Shown here piece after piece: positions 10,641 to 21,010 of a DNA stretch of 64,000 nt. Position 1 is the first letter of the stretch, and each line of letters opens with the position of its first letter. The notes beneath the pieces were generated by a model that was not told the DNA's origin, searched no databases, and saw only the letters and a program-made list of their open reading frames with translations. The translations under genes were made by a program, and so were the position numbers. This DNA comes from Gammaproteobacteria bacterium (GTDB taxonomy: Bacteria > Pseudomonadota > Gammaproteobacteria > UBA4575): contig CBDEUS010000002.1 of NCBI GenBank assembly GCA_965243395.1, positions 576,001-640,000 on the forward strand, written 5' to 3'.

Positions 10641-11996
10641 TCATGCGCGACGACGACGAATACCAATAAATACGCCAATAAACAGTGCCGTAAGCGGCAC
10701 AATTAATAAATAAGTGGCGGCAAGAGTAGCGATAGAGGTATTGCTAAATTCTATGGAAACATCAGGTGGCTGATAGGGTAATAAAGAAATACGTTGGTCA
10801 TCGTGGGCTAACCACTGCAATACACTTACAATTAATGTCAGATTTTCGCCGTGGCCGATATATGCATTCGCAGCGAAGTCGCTGTCACCCACGATTACAA
10901 TACGTTGCTTGTTGCGCTTATTTAGGGTGCGATGGAGACTCGCTGCCATCAGCAAAGGTCCTTCAGTATCACCTGCAGTACTATCAAACACCACGTTTTC
11001 GCCGCTAAGCACATCAGTTTCGGACCAAGCGCGAGGCAAAGAGTAAAACAATGGTTTGACCTGCCAATTATCTTGAATCTCAATTGCAATTCCTGATGCA
11101 AATGGGAATAAGGTTTGATTTTTTAAATTTTGGGTTATGGCGTGTTGTTGATATTCCACAACCGGAACAACAGCTGGATGTTTGATACCTAGAATAGAAC
11201 GTAATTCCTGATTTGCATCAATGATCGTGCCATCTATCCAACTTAAGCCAAGTTTGTTGGCTAAAGCGGCTAGAAGCTGCTGTTCAGCCACAGGGTCACT
11301 TAACCATAATAAATTTCCTCCGCTTTCAACATAATCTAAAATTAATTTTTCTTCGCCTTGCAATAATGCTGCTTGGGGTGCGGCTATGACTAATACTGAA
11401 ATGTTATCTGGAATAACTGTTGTTTGTAACAAGTTTAAATCTTGTACTTCTACTCCGCTGGTTTCTAATGTCTGTTTTAAAGTGCTGTAACCTTGGTTAT
11501 CTTCTGCAAAGGGGTTACGTTCGCCATGACCTGATAAAAATGCCACCCAAGGTTTGTCTTGTCTGGTTAAACGTTGTAGAGCATTAGTTATTTCACCTTC
11601 AGAAATAACATCTATAATTTCAAAACGACTTTGATAATCAATACGCATTTGATTGGCATTATGAAGATGTAGTTCTTTCGCAAGCTCAATATGTTTATCA
11701 ATATCAAGAAATTTAAAGTCGATATCCGGTTTGAATTTTAAATACTTATCAATTTGCCGTTTTATTGTATGACGCTCACTCGCCGCATTGCGTGTTAGGG
11801 CAGTCATCAATAACTCATCATTTACTTGTTGCAAAACTGTACGGCTTGTATCAGTCAGAGTGTTGCGATTATCGCGAGTCCAATCAAACACATAATGATA
11901 TTTTTGTGTTAACCAAGCACAGCAGCCTATGAAGGTTAGTAACAACACCAATTCCAACCACTTGCGAAGACGCTGTCGTGTAACTTTACCTTTCAT
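10641..11996 (-). CDS. GldG-like ABC transporter accessory protein
   Basis: DWT...TL N-terminal motif, FLSGHGER, GDSDF, terminal TM helices; operon with permease and ATPase. Confidence 0.85.
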   Translation of the reverse strand: MKGKVTRQRLRKWLELVLLLTFIGCCAWLTQKYHYVFDWTRDNRNTLTDTSRTVLQQVNDELLMTALTRNAASERHTIKRQIDKYLKFKPDIDFKFLDIDKHIELAKELHLHNANQMRIDYQSRFEIIDVISEGEITNALQRLTRQDKPWVAFLSGHGERNPFAEDNQGYSTLKQTLETSGVEVQDLNLLQTTVIPDNISVLVIAAPQAALLQGEEKLILDYVESGGNLLWLSDPVAEQQLLAALANKLGLSWIDGTIIDANQELRSILGIKHPAVVPVVEYQQHAITQNLKNQTLFPFASGIAIEIQDNWQVKPLFYSLPRAWSETDVLSGENVVFDSTAGDTEGPLLMAASLHRTLNKRNKQRIVIVGDSDFAANAYIGHGENLTLIVSVLQWLAHDDQRISLLPYQPPDVSIEFSNTSIATLAATYLLIVPLTALFIGVFIGIRRRRA

Positions 11997-12732
11997 TGTT
12001 GAGTCTTCTGATGCACAGGATTAAAAATAAAGCTATAAATAAGAGAAAGTAAGCTACATGCTGTGTATCAATTAAACCTGTTAATAAATTTGTTAAGTGT
12101 GGAAAATTAGATAAATAAAGAAATAACTCACTACTGCTTGCAGTAGCAGATCCAGACAAATACAGCATAACGAAAAGTAAGAACAAGCCTAGAATTGCTG
12201 CAGTAGCAATTATTGGCACACGTGTGAGATTAGCGATAAAAAGCGCTGCAGCACTAAACGAACTAATAAATAGTAAGACTGCTAAAAAAGCTGCTGCTGT
12301 TTTGCCATAGTCAATCGCAGTGAAGTAGCCCAATATCAATGCATAACCGCTGCATATCAGAGTAAATATAAAAGCTGAGATGGCCAAGGCAAAATATTTA
12401 CCCAACACAACTTGGGTAGCACTCACAGGGGCACTGTTTAATAATAAATGACTACCGGATTGGCGTTCTTCGGTGCTACTGCGTACCGCAAATAAAGGCA
12501 CTAATAAAATTCCAACTGCTCCTACCCAAAACATATAAGGAGCGATTACTAAATCAGTTAAGCCTGGGGCGCGTTCTAAACCTACCAGTTTGGCTTGCAT
12601 CTCGTTATAAAAAGTATTAAGCAGAATGAGTAACAGTAATCCCAATACCAATAACGCGACAGAAAACAATATCCATGCAATTGGCGAAACCCAAATGCGT
12701 TTTAATTCATTTTGTGTAATTGTCCAGATCAT
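11986..12732 (-). CDS. GldF-like ABC-2 permease
   Basis: About six hydrophobic segments; ELKR..VSP, EERQSG, VLGKY motifs. Confidence 0.85.
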   Translation of the reverse strand: MIWTITQNELKRIWVSPIAWILFSVALLVLGLLLLILLNTFYNEMQAKLVGLERAPGLTDLVIAPYMFWVGAVGILLVPLFAVRSSTEERQSGSHLLLNSAPVSATQVVLGKYFALAISAFIFTLICSGYALILGYFTAIDYGKTAAAFLAVLLFISSFSAAALFIANLTRVPIIATAAILGLFLLFVMLYLSGSATASSSELFLYLSNFPHLTNLLTGLIDTQHVAYFLLFIALFLILCIRRLNNER

Positions 12733-13655
12733 GTCGAATCACGCATCACAAGATCCAGAAATACCTGTTCCAAAGAACTACCAAGAGAACCTATTTCATA
12801 AAGTTGCCAGTCATTTTTTAGAGAACGTGTCTGTAACTGTTGAATAAATTCCATGTCACTATAACTGCAGATATATTTACCATACTGAGAGCAGCTTACG
12901 GATTCACAGCCTGGTAGCGCCTTTATGTCTTCGATAGGCGGGTTGCCATTAAAGCGTAATTTCACTCGTTTGCTTGAGCTTTGTTTTAGATTTTCAAGGG
13001 ATTGGTCAAGTAATAAATTTCCTTGATCAATAATCAACACTCTGTCACACGTTGTTTCAGCTTCATTAAGTAAATGTGTGGACAACAATACACTATGATT
13101 TTTTGATAACTTAGTTAATAAATCACGAATATCCTGCATTTGCACTGGATCCAAACCCACTGTTGGTTCATCAAGTATTACTAGAGCTGGGTTGTGAATA
13201 ATAGCTTGTGCAATACCTACACGCTGTTTATAACCTTTCGATAAATTTGCGATTAACTTTTTTTCAACTGAGGTTAAGCCACAAGTTTCTACAATTGATT
13301 GAATTTTATTTTTTATTTCATGTTTAGTAACACCATGAATACGTGCAGCAAATTGTAAATATTCATGTACGGTAAGCTCTCGATACAAAGGTGGAATATC
13401 TGGCAAATAACCTAAATTATATTTAGCTGATTTAGGTTGTTTAAAGATATTATGATCACAAATACACACATCACCTTTATCTGGGGTTAGGTTTCCAGAA
13501 ACAATATTTAAAGTAGTAGATTTACCAGCGCCATTAACACCCAGTAACGCTACAACTTCACCACGGCGAATTTCAAAATTGATATTTTCGATCGCTTTGT
13601 GACCATCAAAGCTATGCGATAAATTTTTTACAGACAACAATTTTTCTTGTGTCAT
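12729..13655 (-). CDS. GldA-like ABC transporter ATP-binding protein
   Basis: GVNGAGKST, LSKGYKQRVG, LDEPTVGLDP. Confidence 0.93.
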   Translation of the reverse strand: MTQEKLLSVKNLSHSFDGHKAIENINFEIRRGEVVALLGVNGAGKSTTLNIVSGNLTPDKGDVCICDHNIFKQPKSAKYNLGYLPDIPPLYRELTVHEYLQFAARIHGVTKHEIKNKIQSIVETCGLTSVEKKLIANLSKGYKQRVGIAQAIIHNPALVILDEPTVGLDPVQMQDIRDLLTKLSKNHSVLLSTHLLNEAETTCDRVLIIDQGNLLLDQSLENLKQSSSKRVKLRFNGNPPIEDIKALPGCESVSCSQYGKYICSYSDMEFIQQLQTRSLKNDWQLYEIGSLGSSLEQVFLDLVMRDST

Positions 13656-13999
13656 TCCGCGATTCTATAATTGATTATAAGCAAGCGATGGATGGCTATA
13701 AGTAAAAGAACTTGTCGGCCGTTACAATAATATTGTGCATAACATATGTTTAATAGGATAACTTCCGGATTATACAAGCAACTGCATATTGTTATATTTT
13801 GCTTAATTGTTTTAGCGTAAATCAACTACTTAGCAGCTAGTGCTACTTATCAAACATTACATATTGTCGGATATCCACATTGTGTGACCAGTAATCAACT
13901 CATCCTTGCCCAGTGCCTTGCCATAGACGTATGATTTATCTGCAAAAGGATGTTGTATACTTCATAAAATAATAACAATAATTACCTAGGATCAACTAC

Positions 14000-15178
14000 A
14001 TGTTTAACGGATTAGTCTCTTTACCCTGGTGGGGCTACATTGCTGTCACGCTGGTTCTCACGCATATCACAATTGTTTCGGTTACTTTATATCTACATCG
14101 TTGTCAGGCGCATTGCGCTTTAGAATTACATCCATTGCTATCACATTTTTTCCGTTTTTGGTTATGGGTGACAACTGGCATGGTGACAAAAGAATGGGTT
14201 GCGATACATCGTAAGCATCACGCCAAAACCGAAACAGAGGAAGACCCCCATAGCCCGTACACTAAAGGTATTGCTAAAGTTTTTTGGCAAGGAGCAGAGT
14301 TATATCAAAAAGAAGCTGAAAATGAGGAAACGCTAAGAAAGTATGGTCATGGCACACCCAATGATTGGCTTGAGCGTAATATCTATTCACGTTTTAGCTT
14401 TATTGGTTTAAGTATCAGCTTTGTTTTAAATGTAGTGTTATTCGGGCCTATCGGTTTAACCATTTGGGCAGTGCAAATGATGTGGATTCCTATCAACGCT
14501 GCTGGTGTGATCAATGGAATTGGCCATTATTGGGGTTATCGCAATTTTGAAACTGAAGACGGTTCTACCAATATTGTAAATCTTGGGTTCATTATTGGTG
14601 GCGAAGAACTTCATAATAATCATCATGCATATCCAAGTTCAGCAAAGTTTTCGAGCAAATGGTGGGAAATAGATTTAGGTTGGTTTTATATCCGCATGTT
14701 TAGTGCTTTAGGCTTGGCAAAAGTATTAAGACGTGCACCACAACCCACACGCGTGTTAAATAAAGACATTATCGATTTAGAAACTGCGAAAGCTATGGTT
14801 TCGAGTCAGTTACATATAATGGCTGAGTATGCGCAAAAAGTTACTTTGCCAACTTTTCATGCTGAATTGCCAAGTTTTGAAGGTCGCTATAAAAAATTAA
14901 TCAATCAAATGCGTACCGCTTTAGTGCGTGAAGACAGTCGCATGAAACCCTTACAGAGAGAATACTTACAAGAGCTTTTACAAAATAGCGAAGCATTGCA
15001 AACAGTCTACGAATTTCGTCGTAGACTCCAAGATCTCTGGAATGAAACGTATGCAAGTCACGAGCGTATGATTCAAGCAATCATCCAGTGGTGTAAAGAA
15101 GCTGAAGCAACGGGAATTAAGGTACTACAAGATTTTGCACAAAGCTTGCGAGGATACGCACTGCAACCTGCAGTGTAA
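14000..15178 (+). CDS. desA: Delta-9 acyl-CoA/acyl-lipid desaturase (DesA type)
   Basis: His boxes HRCQAH, HRKHH and HNNHH; TM segments; C-terminal helical extension typical of proteobacterial DesA. Confidence 0.9.
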   Translation: MFNGLVSLPWWGYIAVTLVLTHITIVSVTLYLHRCQAHCALELHPLLSHFFRFWLWVTTGMVTKEWVAIHRKHHAKTETEEDPHSPYTKGIAKVFWQGAELYQKEAENEETLRKYGHGTPNDWLERNIYSRFSFIGLSISFVLNVVLFGPIGLTIWAVQMMWIPINAAGVINGIGHYWGYRNFETEDGSTNIVNLGFIIGGEELHNNHHAYPSSAKFSSKWWEIDLGWFYIRMFSALGLAKVLRRAPQPTRVLNKDIIDLETAKAMVSSQLHIMAEYAQKVTLPTFHAELPSFEGRYKKLINQMRTALVREDSRMKPLQREYLQELLQNSEALQTVYEFRRRLQDLWNETYASHERMIQAIIQWCKEAEATGIKVLQDFAQSLRGYALQPAV

Positions 15179-15196
15179 GGCTATTTGAAAATTAGC

Positions 15197-15364
15197 TTAT
15201 TTAATTTTCGCTTCTTTGTACATTACATGTTTGCGAACTACCGGATCATACTTTTTGATTTCAAGTTTTTCCGTCATGGTGCGTTTGTTTTTACTAGTTG
15301 TGTAGTAATGTCCAGTACCAGCACTTGAAACAAGTTTGATTTTTTCGCGAACTGACTTAGCCAT
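15197..15364 (-). CDS. rpmG: 50S ribosomal protein L33
   Basis: Below the ORF-track cutoff. Manual translation [55 protein letters not shown]; follows rpmB. Confidence 0.97.
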   Translation of the reverse strand: MAKSVREKIKLVSSAGTGHYYTTSKNKRTMTEKLEIKKYDPVVRKHVMYKEAKIK

Positions 15365-15376
15365 GAGTTAAATCCT

Positions 15377-15613
15377 TTATACTTTGACACCGCGTTTGCG
15401 CACATCGGCAAGCACTTCATCGATACCTTTTTTATCAATAATGCGCATGCCTTTTGCTGACACACGCAGTTTTACCCACTTGTTTTCACTCTCCACCCAG
15501 AAACGGTGTGACTGAATATTAGGCATAAAACGACGACGTGTTTTATTATGGGCATGTGAAACGTTATTGCCTGCTTTAGGGCGTTTTCCGGTAACCTGGC
15601 ATACGCGAGACAT
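15377..15613 (-). CDS. rpmB: 50S ribosomal protein L28
   Basis: [28 protein letters not shown]. Confidence 0.99.
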   Translation of the reverse strand: MSRVCQVTGKRPKAGNNVSHAHNKTRRRFMPNIQSHRFWVESENKWVKLRVSAKGMRIIDKKGIDEVLADVRKRGVKV

Positions 15614-15740
15614 GTTATTTACTCAAAATCCTTGCAAATAGGGCGCGTGAAGATAACAGAATCACCATACTGGCTCAAGCCAAGACAGCTGGAAAACCAA
15701 GTTCTACCTACAAAAACCTAAAAACACGTATAGTTAAGCA

Positions 15741-16097
15741 ATGGACACAATATTTCTGCGGGATTTAGAGGTGGATGCCACTATCGGCATTTTTGAATGG
15801 GAAAAGCGCATCAAGCAAAAAGTGCGTATTGATCTTGAAATGGCCACCAATATTGCTAAGGCCGCGGCAAGTGACTCCATAGAGGATGCATTGGACTATA
15901 AGGCAATTTCTAAACGCATCATTCAGTTTGTTGAAGACAGCCGTTACGAATTGATCGAAACCTTGATCGAAAAGGTCGCTGAAATTCTCCTTCAGGAATT
16001 TAATATCCCTTGGGTGCGCGTTACGATCAGTAAGCCCGGCGCTGTTCGCGGTTCGCGCGATGTAGGTATTACCATAGAACGCGGTGAGCAAATCTAG
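15741..16097 (+). CDS. folB: Dihydroneopterin aldolase
   Basis: IGIFEWE, LDY, LIETL, KPGAV, VGITIER. Confidence 0.96.
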   Translation: MDTIFLRDLEVDATIGIFEWEKRIKQKVRIDLEMATNIAKAAASDSIEDALDYKAISKRIIQFVEDSRYELIETLIEKVAEILLQEFNIPWVRVTISKPGAVRGSRDVGITIERGEQI

Positions 16098-16582
16098 TGG
16101 CTCGAGTGTATGTCAGCATCGGTAGTAATATCGAAACAGAAAAAAACATACTTTCGTCAATAAAAGCTTTACGAGAGCACTTTGGTGAGCTGGATGTATC
16201 TAATGTGTATGAAACTAAATCCGTTGGATTTGAAGGTGATAATTTTCATAATTTAGTGGTGGGGTTTGATACTGACAAGTCACCACTAAAAATTAGCCAA
16301 GTTTTAAAACAAATTGAATCAGATCAAGGTCGCACGCGAGCTAAAGAAAAATTTGAATCCCGAACTCTTGATCTAGATCAAATATTATATGGGGATTTGG
16401 TGATGCAAATGGAGGGTGTCAATGTGCCTCACCCGGATGTCATGCGTTACAACTTTGTACTCAAGCCCCTCGCCGAATTAGCCGGTGATGTACTACACCC
16501 CGAAGAAGAAAAAACGATTAATGAACTTTGGGAAGCGTTTGAAGAAAAAGAGGGAATGAAAATTGTGCAATATGAATTTTAA
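16097..16582 (+). CDS. folK: 2-amino-4-hydroxy-6-hydroxymethyldihydropteridine diphosphokinase
   Basis: YVSIGSN, RTLDLD, PHP, FVLKPLAE; coupled to folB. Confidence 0.95.
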   Translation: MARVYVSIGSNIETEKNILSSIKALREHFGELDVSNVYETKSVGFEGDNFHNLVVGFDTDKSPLKISQVLKQIESDQGRTRAKEKFESRTLDLDQILYGDLVMQMEGVNVPHPDVMRYNFVLKPLAELAGDVLHPEEEKTINELWEAFEEKEGMKIVQYEF

Positions 16583-16607
16583 GACAGTTATTGACCAATA
16601 GTGGACA

Positions 16608-17708
16608 TTAACTCGCTTCTATAAATTCTAGAATTTTTGACTGATACATTCTTACTGTACTTTCACCACGCTTGGCTGTTTTGTCAACATTGTATCGTGG
16701 TGACTTCATTCCTTTCTGAATTGCCTCGCACACATAGATATCTTCTTGCATAAAATCACCCGAGTTAAGTGGGTCATCAGATTTTTCAGAACCTGAGTAG
16801 AGCCAAGAAATTGCTGACCCAAGTAGCGATGAAGTTTTAGATGGCATAGCACGAGTACGCGTTTCAACAATACATTTTTCAGGAGACACAGGGATAACAT
16901 GAAAAGTACTCCATGTTGATTCAGACTCAGCTAATCCTAAGTTTGGGAATAACATAGGTACATAGGCACCTATTTTATCTTTAGGAATGTGATTGATGAC
17001 TGCCATCTCAGGATTATGTCCCTTGCTTAGCGGTTCATAGAACCAATAGTGTGGACCATCCCATCCGTACTTAGCATTTTTATGGTCATACATGTACAAA
17101 GTTTTTTGATGTAAGTATCGCAAGTGATAAACATCCATAAAGTTTTCTACAACAATTTTCCAATTGGCATTAATTTCATCACGAGTGCTGTATTCTGGAA
17201 ATTCTTGAAGTTTTTCTGGCTGATGGGGACCTAAGTGTGTTAGCACAGGATCAAAATAGTCACTCGCTTTTCCAATATCAGGGTCTACATGAACCCATAG
17301 CATGCTGCGCCAGACACTGACAGATGCAGGGTGCAGACAAATATTATCAATATCTAAATCTGCAAATTCATCGTTACGTTCTGGCACACCTTTTAATTGC
17401 CCATTTAAATCATAGGACCAGTGATGATAAGGGCATGTCATGAAATCGGAGAGCTTGCCTTTGCCGGTTACAAGGGGTGTACCGCGATGACGACAAATAT
17501 TATGAAAAGCTTTTAATTCTCCATTGTTGTTTATGACTAATATAGGATGATTACCTACTTGTACGGTTGTGTAATCTCCATGTTCCCTTACATCTTCCAT
17601 TAAGCCGGCAAATTGCCATGTCTTGGAAAACAGAAGTTCTTGTTCTTTGTCGAACCAGTCCTGCGATAAATATGCTTCTTTAGGCAATACAGGAACTTTA
17701 TTTTTCAT
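16608..17708 (-). CDS. Rieske non-haem iron oxygenase alpha subunit (choline/carnitine monooxygenase-like)
   Basis: Rieske ligands CRH...CPYH; mononuclear iron motif NWKIVVENFMDVYHLRYLH and QED..VCEAIQKG. Confidence 0.88.
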   Translation of the reverse strand: MKNKVPVLPKEAYLSQDWFDKEQELLFSKTWQFAGLMEDVREHGDYTTVQVGNHPILVINNNGELKAFHNICRHRGTPLVTGKGKLSDFMTCPYHHWSYDLNGQLKGVPERNDEFADLDIDNICLHPASVSVWRSMLWVHVDPDIGKASDYFDPVLTHLGPHQPEKLQEFPEYSTRDEINANWKIVVENFMDVYHLRYLHQKTLYMYDHKNAKYGWDGPHYWFYEPLSKGHNPEMAVINHIPKDKIGAYVPMLFPNLGLAESESTWSTFHVIPVSPEKCIVETRTRAMPSKTSSLLGSAISWLYSGSEKSDDPLNSGDFMQEDIYVCEAIQKGMKSPRYNVDKTAKRGESTVRMYQSKILEFIEAS

Positions 17709-17956
17709 ATAAATTCCTCCACGAGAATATATGCACTCAATGCAAGCCAGGTGAAAACTATTATCCAGTATAAAATTGTATTCTGAGTTCGATGTATTGG
17801 CTCTATGAAATGAGTGGTGCCGGTAAATAAATCAGGAATAACCCAATATAAGAACAAAATTGCCCATATCCACTGATAGTTTGGATAAAGAACTACGGTT
17901 ATGTAGATCAGTATCAATCCAATTATGGTACGCCATTTAACATTCACTATAGTCAC
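17705..17956 (-). CDS. Small membrane protein, hypothetical
   Basis: 83 aa with 2-3 hydrophobic segments; 4-nt overlap with the Rieske gene start. Confidence 0.7.
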   Translation of the reverse strand: MTIVNVKWRTIIGLILIYITVVLYPNYQWIWAILFLYWVIPDLFTGTTHFIEPIHRTQNTILYWIIVFTWLALSAYILVEEFI

Positions 17957-18126
17957 AATCGGAAGTAATTAATGCTGAATAATTATGTCTGCTAGGTGTC
18001 GACAAAAATTTGTTCCTGCAAATTTTGTATTTCTAGAATCCATGTTAGTAGTAGCGGAATGATGATCTTTTGAAATGAAATTTCCAATCTATTCATTGTT
18101 TAACTTTATCAAACTTAATTCGGTTG

Positions 18127-18166
18127 CATCATCCATGATGGACATCATATTCGCCCATCCTTGGGC
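18127..18166. repeat. Pair of short hairpins sharing a CA-TCC(A/T)-TG core (REP-like)
   Basis: CATCA-TCCA-TGATG (18127-18140) and GCCCA-TCCT-TGGGC (18153-18166) just 3' of the pteridine reductase stop. Confidence 0.35.
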
Positions 18167-18183
18167 TCACTTCCATGCGCTCA

Positions 18184-18921
18184 CTAATTGCTAAGTGTTC
18201 TGCCACCGTCCACTGCAATGATTTGCCCAGTAATGTAATCTGCATGTTCAATTAGAAATAATGCAGCTTCGGCTATATCTTTTGGCTGACCTTCACGTTT
18301 TAATGCGGTACGCGAAATAATTTCTTGATGCATGCCTTCGTAGTGTTGTTCCTCGGGCCACATGATGGCGCCAGGCGCAATACCGTTTACACGAATTTCA
18401 GGTGCTAATTCGCGCGCCATAGATTTAGTGAACATAATCAGTCCTGCTTTAGCAATGCTATAGACAAAATAATCTTTTAAAGGACGATCACCATGAATAT
18501 CAACAATGTTAACAATACAACCCTTATGTTCTTTTAAATGTTCGGCTAGCGCCTGAGTTAAATACACTGGCGCTTTGAGATTTACTCCTACCAAGTCTTC
18601 CCATATTTTTTCATTTACATCATTTAGATTCGTCGGATAAAACGATGAGGCATTATTAATAAGCACATCGATATGACCAAATAATCCAATAGCTTGCTCG
18701 ATTAATGCCGGAATCGATGCATAATCTTTCAAGTCTCCTTTGAGTAGTTTCACTGAGTCCGGTCGGTTCGCATTGAGTTGGTCGGCGAGCGCGCTAGCAT
18801 CTTTACTGGAGCTACGATAGTGTAGAACGATGTTCATACCCGCTTGGTGTAAGTGTCGAGCCATTTCGGCACCTATGCGTCTTGCGGCTCCAGTAATCAT
18901 GACAATTTTAGGGCTACTCAT
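18184..18921 (-). CDS. Pteridine reductase (FolM/PTR1-like SDR)
   Basis: ITGAARRIG, NNASSFY, IVDIH, YSIAK, VDGGR; near folBK. Confidence 0.92.
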   Translation of the reverse strand: MSSPKIVMITGAARRIGAEMARHLHQAGMNIVLHYRSSSKDASALADQLNANRPDSVKLLKGDLKDYASIPALIEQAIGLFGHIDVLINNASSFYPTNLNDVNEKIWEDLVGVNLKAPVYLTQALAEHLKEHKGCIVNIVDIHGDRPLKDYFVYSIAKAGLIMFTKSMARELAPEIRVNGIAPGAIMWPEEQHYEGMHQEIISRTALKREGQPKDIAEAALFLIEHADYITGQIIAVDGGRTLSN

Positions 18922-18982
18922 TGGTTTAATTTTCTCATTTGTTATTCATAAACTTTAACACACCTCATTTAGCTGTAGCGTA

Positions 18983-20170
18983 ATGTCCAGTTCACAATAT
19001 TCGGATACAAGAATAATTGAATTATCTGAAGCACAACAAGCTGCTACACAAAAGTGTGCGCAGCACATTAAACACGCTATCCAAAGTAAAGGTGAAATTG
19101 GTTTTGATGAATATATGCAAATCGCATTACATGATCCAGAAGTGGGGTATTACCAGCAGAAAAATGAAATTTTTGGTGAGCAGGGAGATTTCACAACCGT
19201 ACCGGAAACTTCTATCCATTTGGCCTATTGCTTGGCGCATGCTTGTGCGCGGCTAATTCGAGATGATGGTGAGCGAACTATCTTAGAAATCGGTGCAGGT
19301 AGTGGCAAACTCGCATTAGATATTTTGCAGTATTTGGCGACTTGGAAAATGTTACCCAAGCAATATTATATTTATGAAATCAGCGCAGAATTACGCAAAA
19401 AACAACACAAACTTATTGAGCAAATATTACCAGATTACATTGAGAACGTAGTTTGGTTAACTGATCTTTCTTTTAAACTCGACACCACAATTATCATCGC
19501 TAATGAAGTGTTAGACGCTTTGCCAGTGAAGTGTTTTGAAGTGCTATCACAAAACATACAAGAAAGATCTGTTGGATTAGATGAGCAAGAACACTTTACC
19601 TGGAAGTTAACAAAACCAAATGAACAATTTGATGCTGCATTAGATTTTATTACGGTGATGCTTGATGAACCGCTCTCACTAGGCTATCAAAGTGAGCTTA
19701 ATCTAAATCTGGAATCTACACTTTCAGCATGGGCAAATACATGTCAACAGTGTGTAATGTTTCTGATTGATTACGGCTACCCGCGCCACGAGTACTACCA
19801 CCCACAACGTAATATGGGCACCCTACGGTGTTATTTTAAACACCATGTATCGGAAGATGTGTTGTCTTATCCCGGTTTACAAGATATCACTGCAGATGTG
19901 GATTTTTCGGCAGTAGCAAAGATTGCAAGTTATCTACAAATGGGGCTTTTAGCATTTGGTTCGCAACGTAACTTTATGCTGGCGAACCATCTTCTTGAAT
20001 GGCAGCCCAATGCAGAGTCTGATGTGGAACGTCTTGCACAGATTGCGCAGCTCAAACAGCTTACACTGGGTTCTGCAATTAGTGAGCGTTTTCAAGTAAT
20101 GGTGTTGGGTAAAGGCATCGACTATGGAGCGGATCAATTTACAGTGAGAGATATGCGTACCCGCCTATAG
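18983..20170 (+). CDS. SAM-dependent methyltransferase, MidA/NDUFAF7 family
   Basis: GYY, GDFTT.PE, LEIGAGSG, ANEVLDALP, IDYG, QDITADVDF. Confidence 0.93.
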   Translation: MSSSQYSDTRIIELSEAQQAATQKCAQHIKHAIQSKGEIGFDEYMQIALHDPEVGYYQQKNEIFGEQGDFTTVPETSIHLAYCLAHACARLIRDDGERTILEIGAGSGKLALDILQYLATWKMLPKQYYIYEISAELRKKQHKLIEQILPDYIENVVWLTDLSFKLDTTIIIANEVLDALPVKCFEVLSQNIQERSVGLDEQEHFTWKLTKPNEQFDAALDFITVMLDEPLSLGYQSELNLNLESTLSAWANTCQQCVMFLIDYGYPRHEYYHPQRNMGTLRCYFKHHVSEDVLSYPGLQDITADVDFSAVAKIASYLQMGLLAFGSQRNFMLANHLLEWQPNAESDVERLAQIAQLKQLTLGSAISERFQVMVLGKGIDYGADQFTVRDMRTRL

Positions 20171-20212
20171 AAGATCAGATCAAATCGGAACTTTCAGATA
20201 TTAAAATTTAAG

Positions 20213-21010
20213 ATGGATGCTCTACACGCATTTTTACTTGCCGTAATACAAGGCTTAACAGAATTTTTACCCATATCGAGTTCGGCACACTTGGTGTTAT
20301 TACCTATTATTATGCAATGGCAAGACCAAGGGTTGGTTATTGATATTGCTGCGCACTTAGGTAGTTTGCTAGCGGTTATATTTTATTTTCGCCATGATTT
20401 GTCGAAATTAATGAATGACTGGATAGAATCCTTAGGCACCGGTGTTAAGACGGATGAAAGTAAATTAGCGTGGTTGGTGTTGTGGGCAAGTTTACCTATT
20501 TTGATAGTTGCGCTTTTTGTGCAAGCTTATTTACTACCTTATTTACGCGATGCAGTCGTGATAGGCATTGCATCAATCGTATTTGCGCTACTGCTTTGGC
20601 AAGCCGATAAACAAGGTAGCCAAACACGAACGAACAAAGAATTAAACTTTAAGGATTCTATTTTAATTGGTACCGCACAAGCATTTGCATTAATACCAGG
20701 CGCTTCACGCTCAGGTGTTACTATGACAGCAGGGATGTGGTTGGGATTAACACGTGTCGAGGCCGCTCGGTTTTCGTTTTTACTTGCCATTCCTACCATC
20801 CTCGCAGCTACATTATATGGTTCTTATAAAGCAGCACACCATGAGTTCATCATTCATTGGCCATTAACTCTTGCGGTAATCGCATGTTCCGCTATTGTCG
20901 CTTTTTTGTGTATAGATTGGTTTTTGAAAGTGGTGACTAAAATAGGCATGCTGCCTTTTGTAATTTACCGCATATTACTTGGCGGTTTACTGCTATTTTT
21001 TTATTTATAG
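20213..21010 (+). CDS. uppP: Undecaprenyl-diphosphate phosphatase
   Basis: QGLTEFLPISSSAH, PGASRSG.T, ARFSFLLAIP. Confidence 0.97.
   Translation: MDALHAFLLAVIQGLTEFLPISSSAHLVLLPIIMQWQDQGLVIDIAAHLGSLLAVIFYFRHDLSKLMNDWIESLGTGVKTDESKLAWLVLWASLPILIVALFVQAYLLPYLRDAVVIGIASIVFALLLWQADKQGSQTRTNKELNFKDSILIGTAQAFALIPGASRSGVTMTAGMWLGLTRVEAARFSFLLAIPTILAATLYGSYKAAHHEFIIHWPLTLAVIACSAIVAFLCIDWFLKVVTKIGMLPFVIYRILLGGLLLFFYL

Noticed and set aside
14800-15178. desA C-terminal region as a transposase fragment
   Set aside because: It is the usual helical extension of proteobacterial DesA; no DDE motif or inverted repeats.
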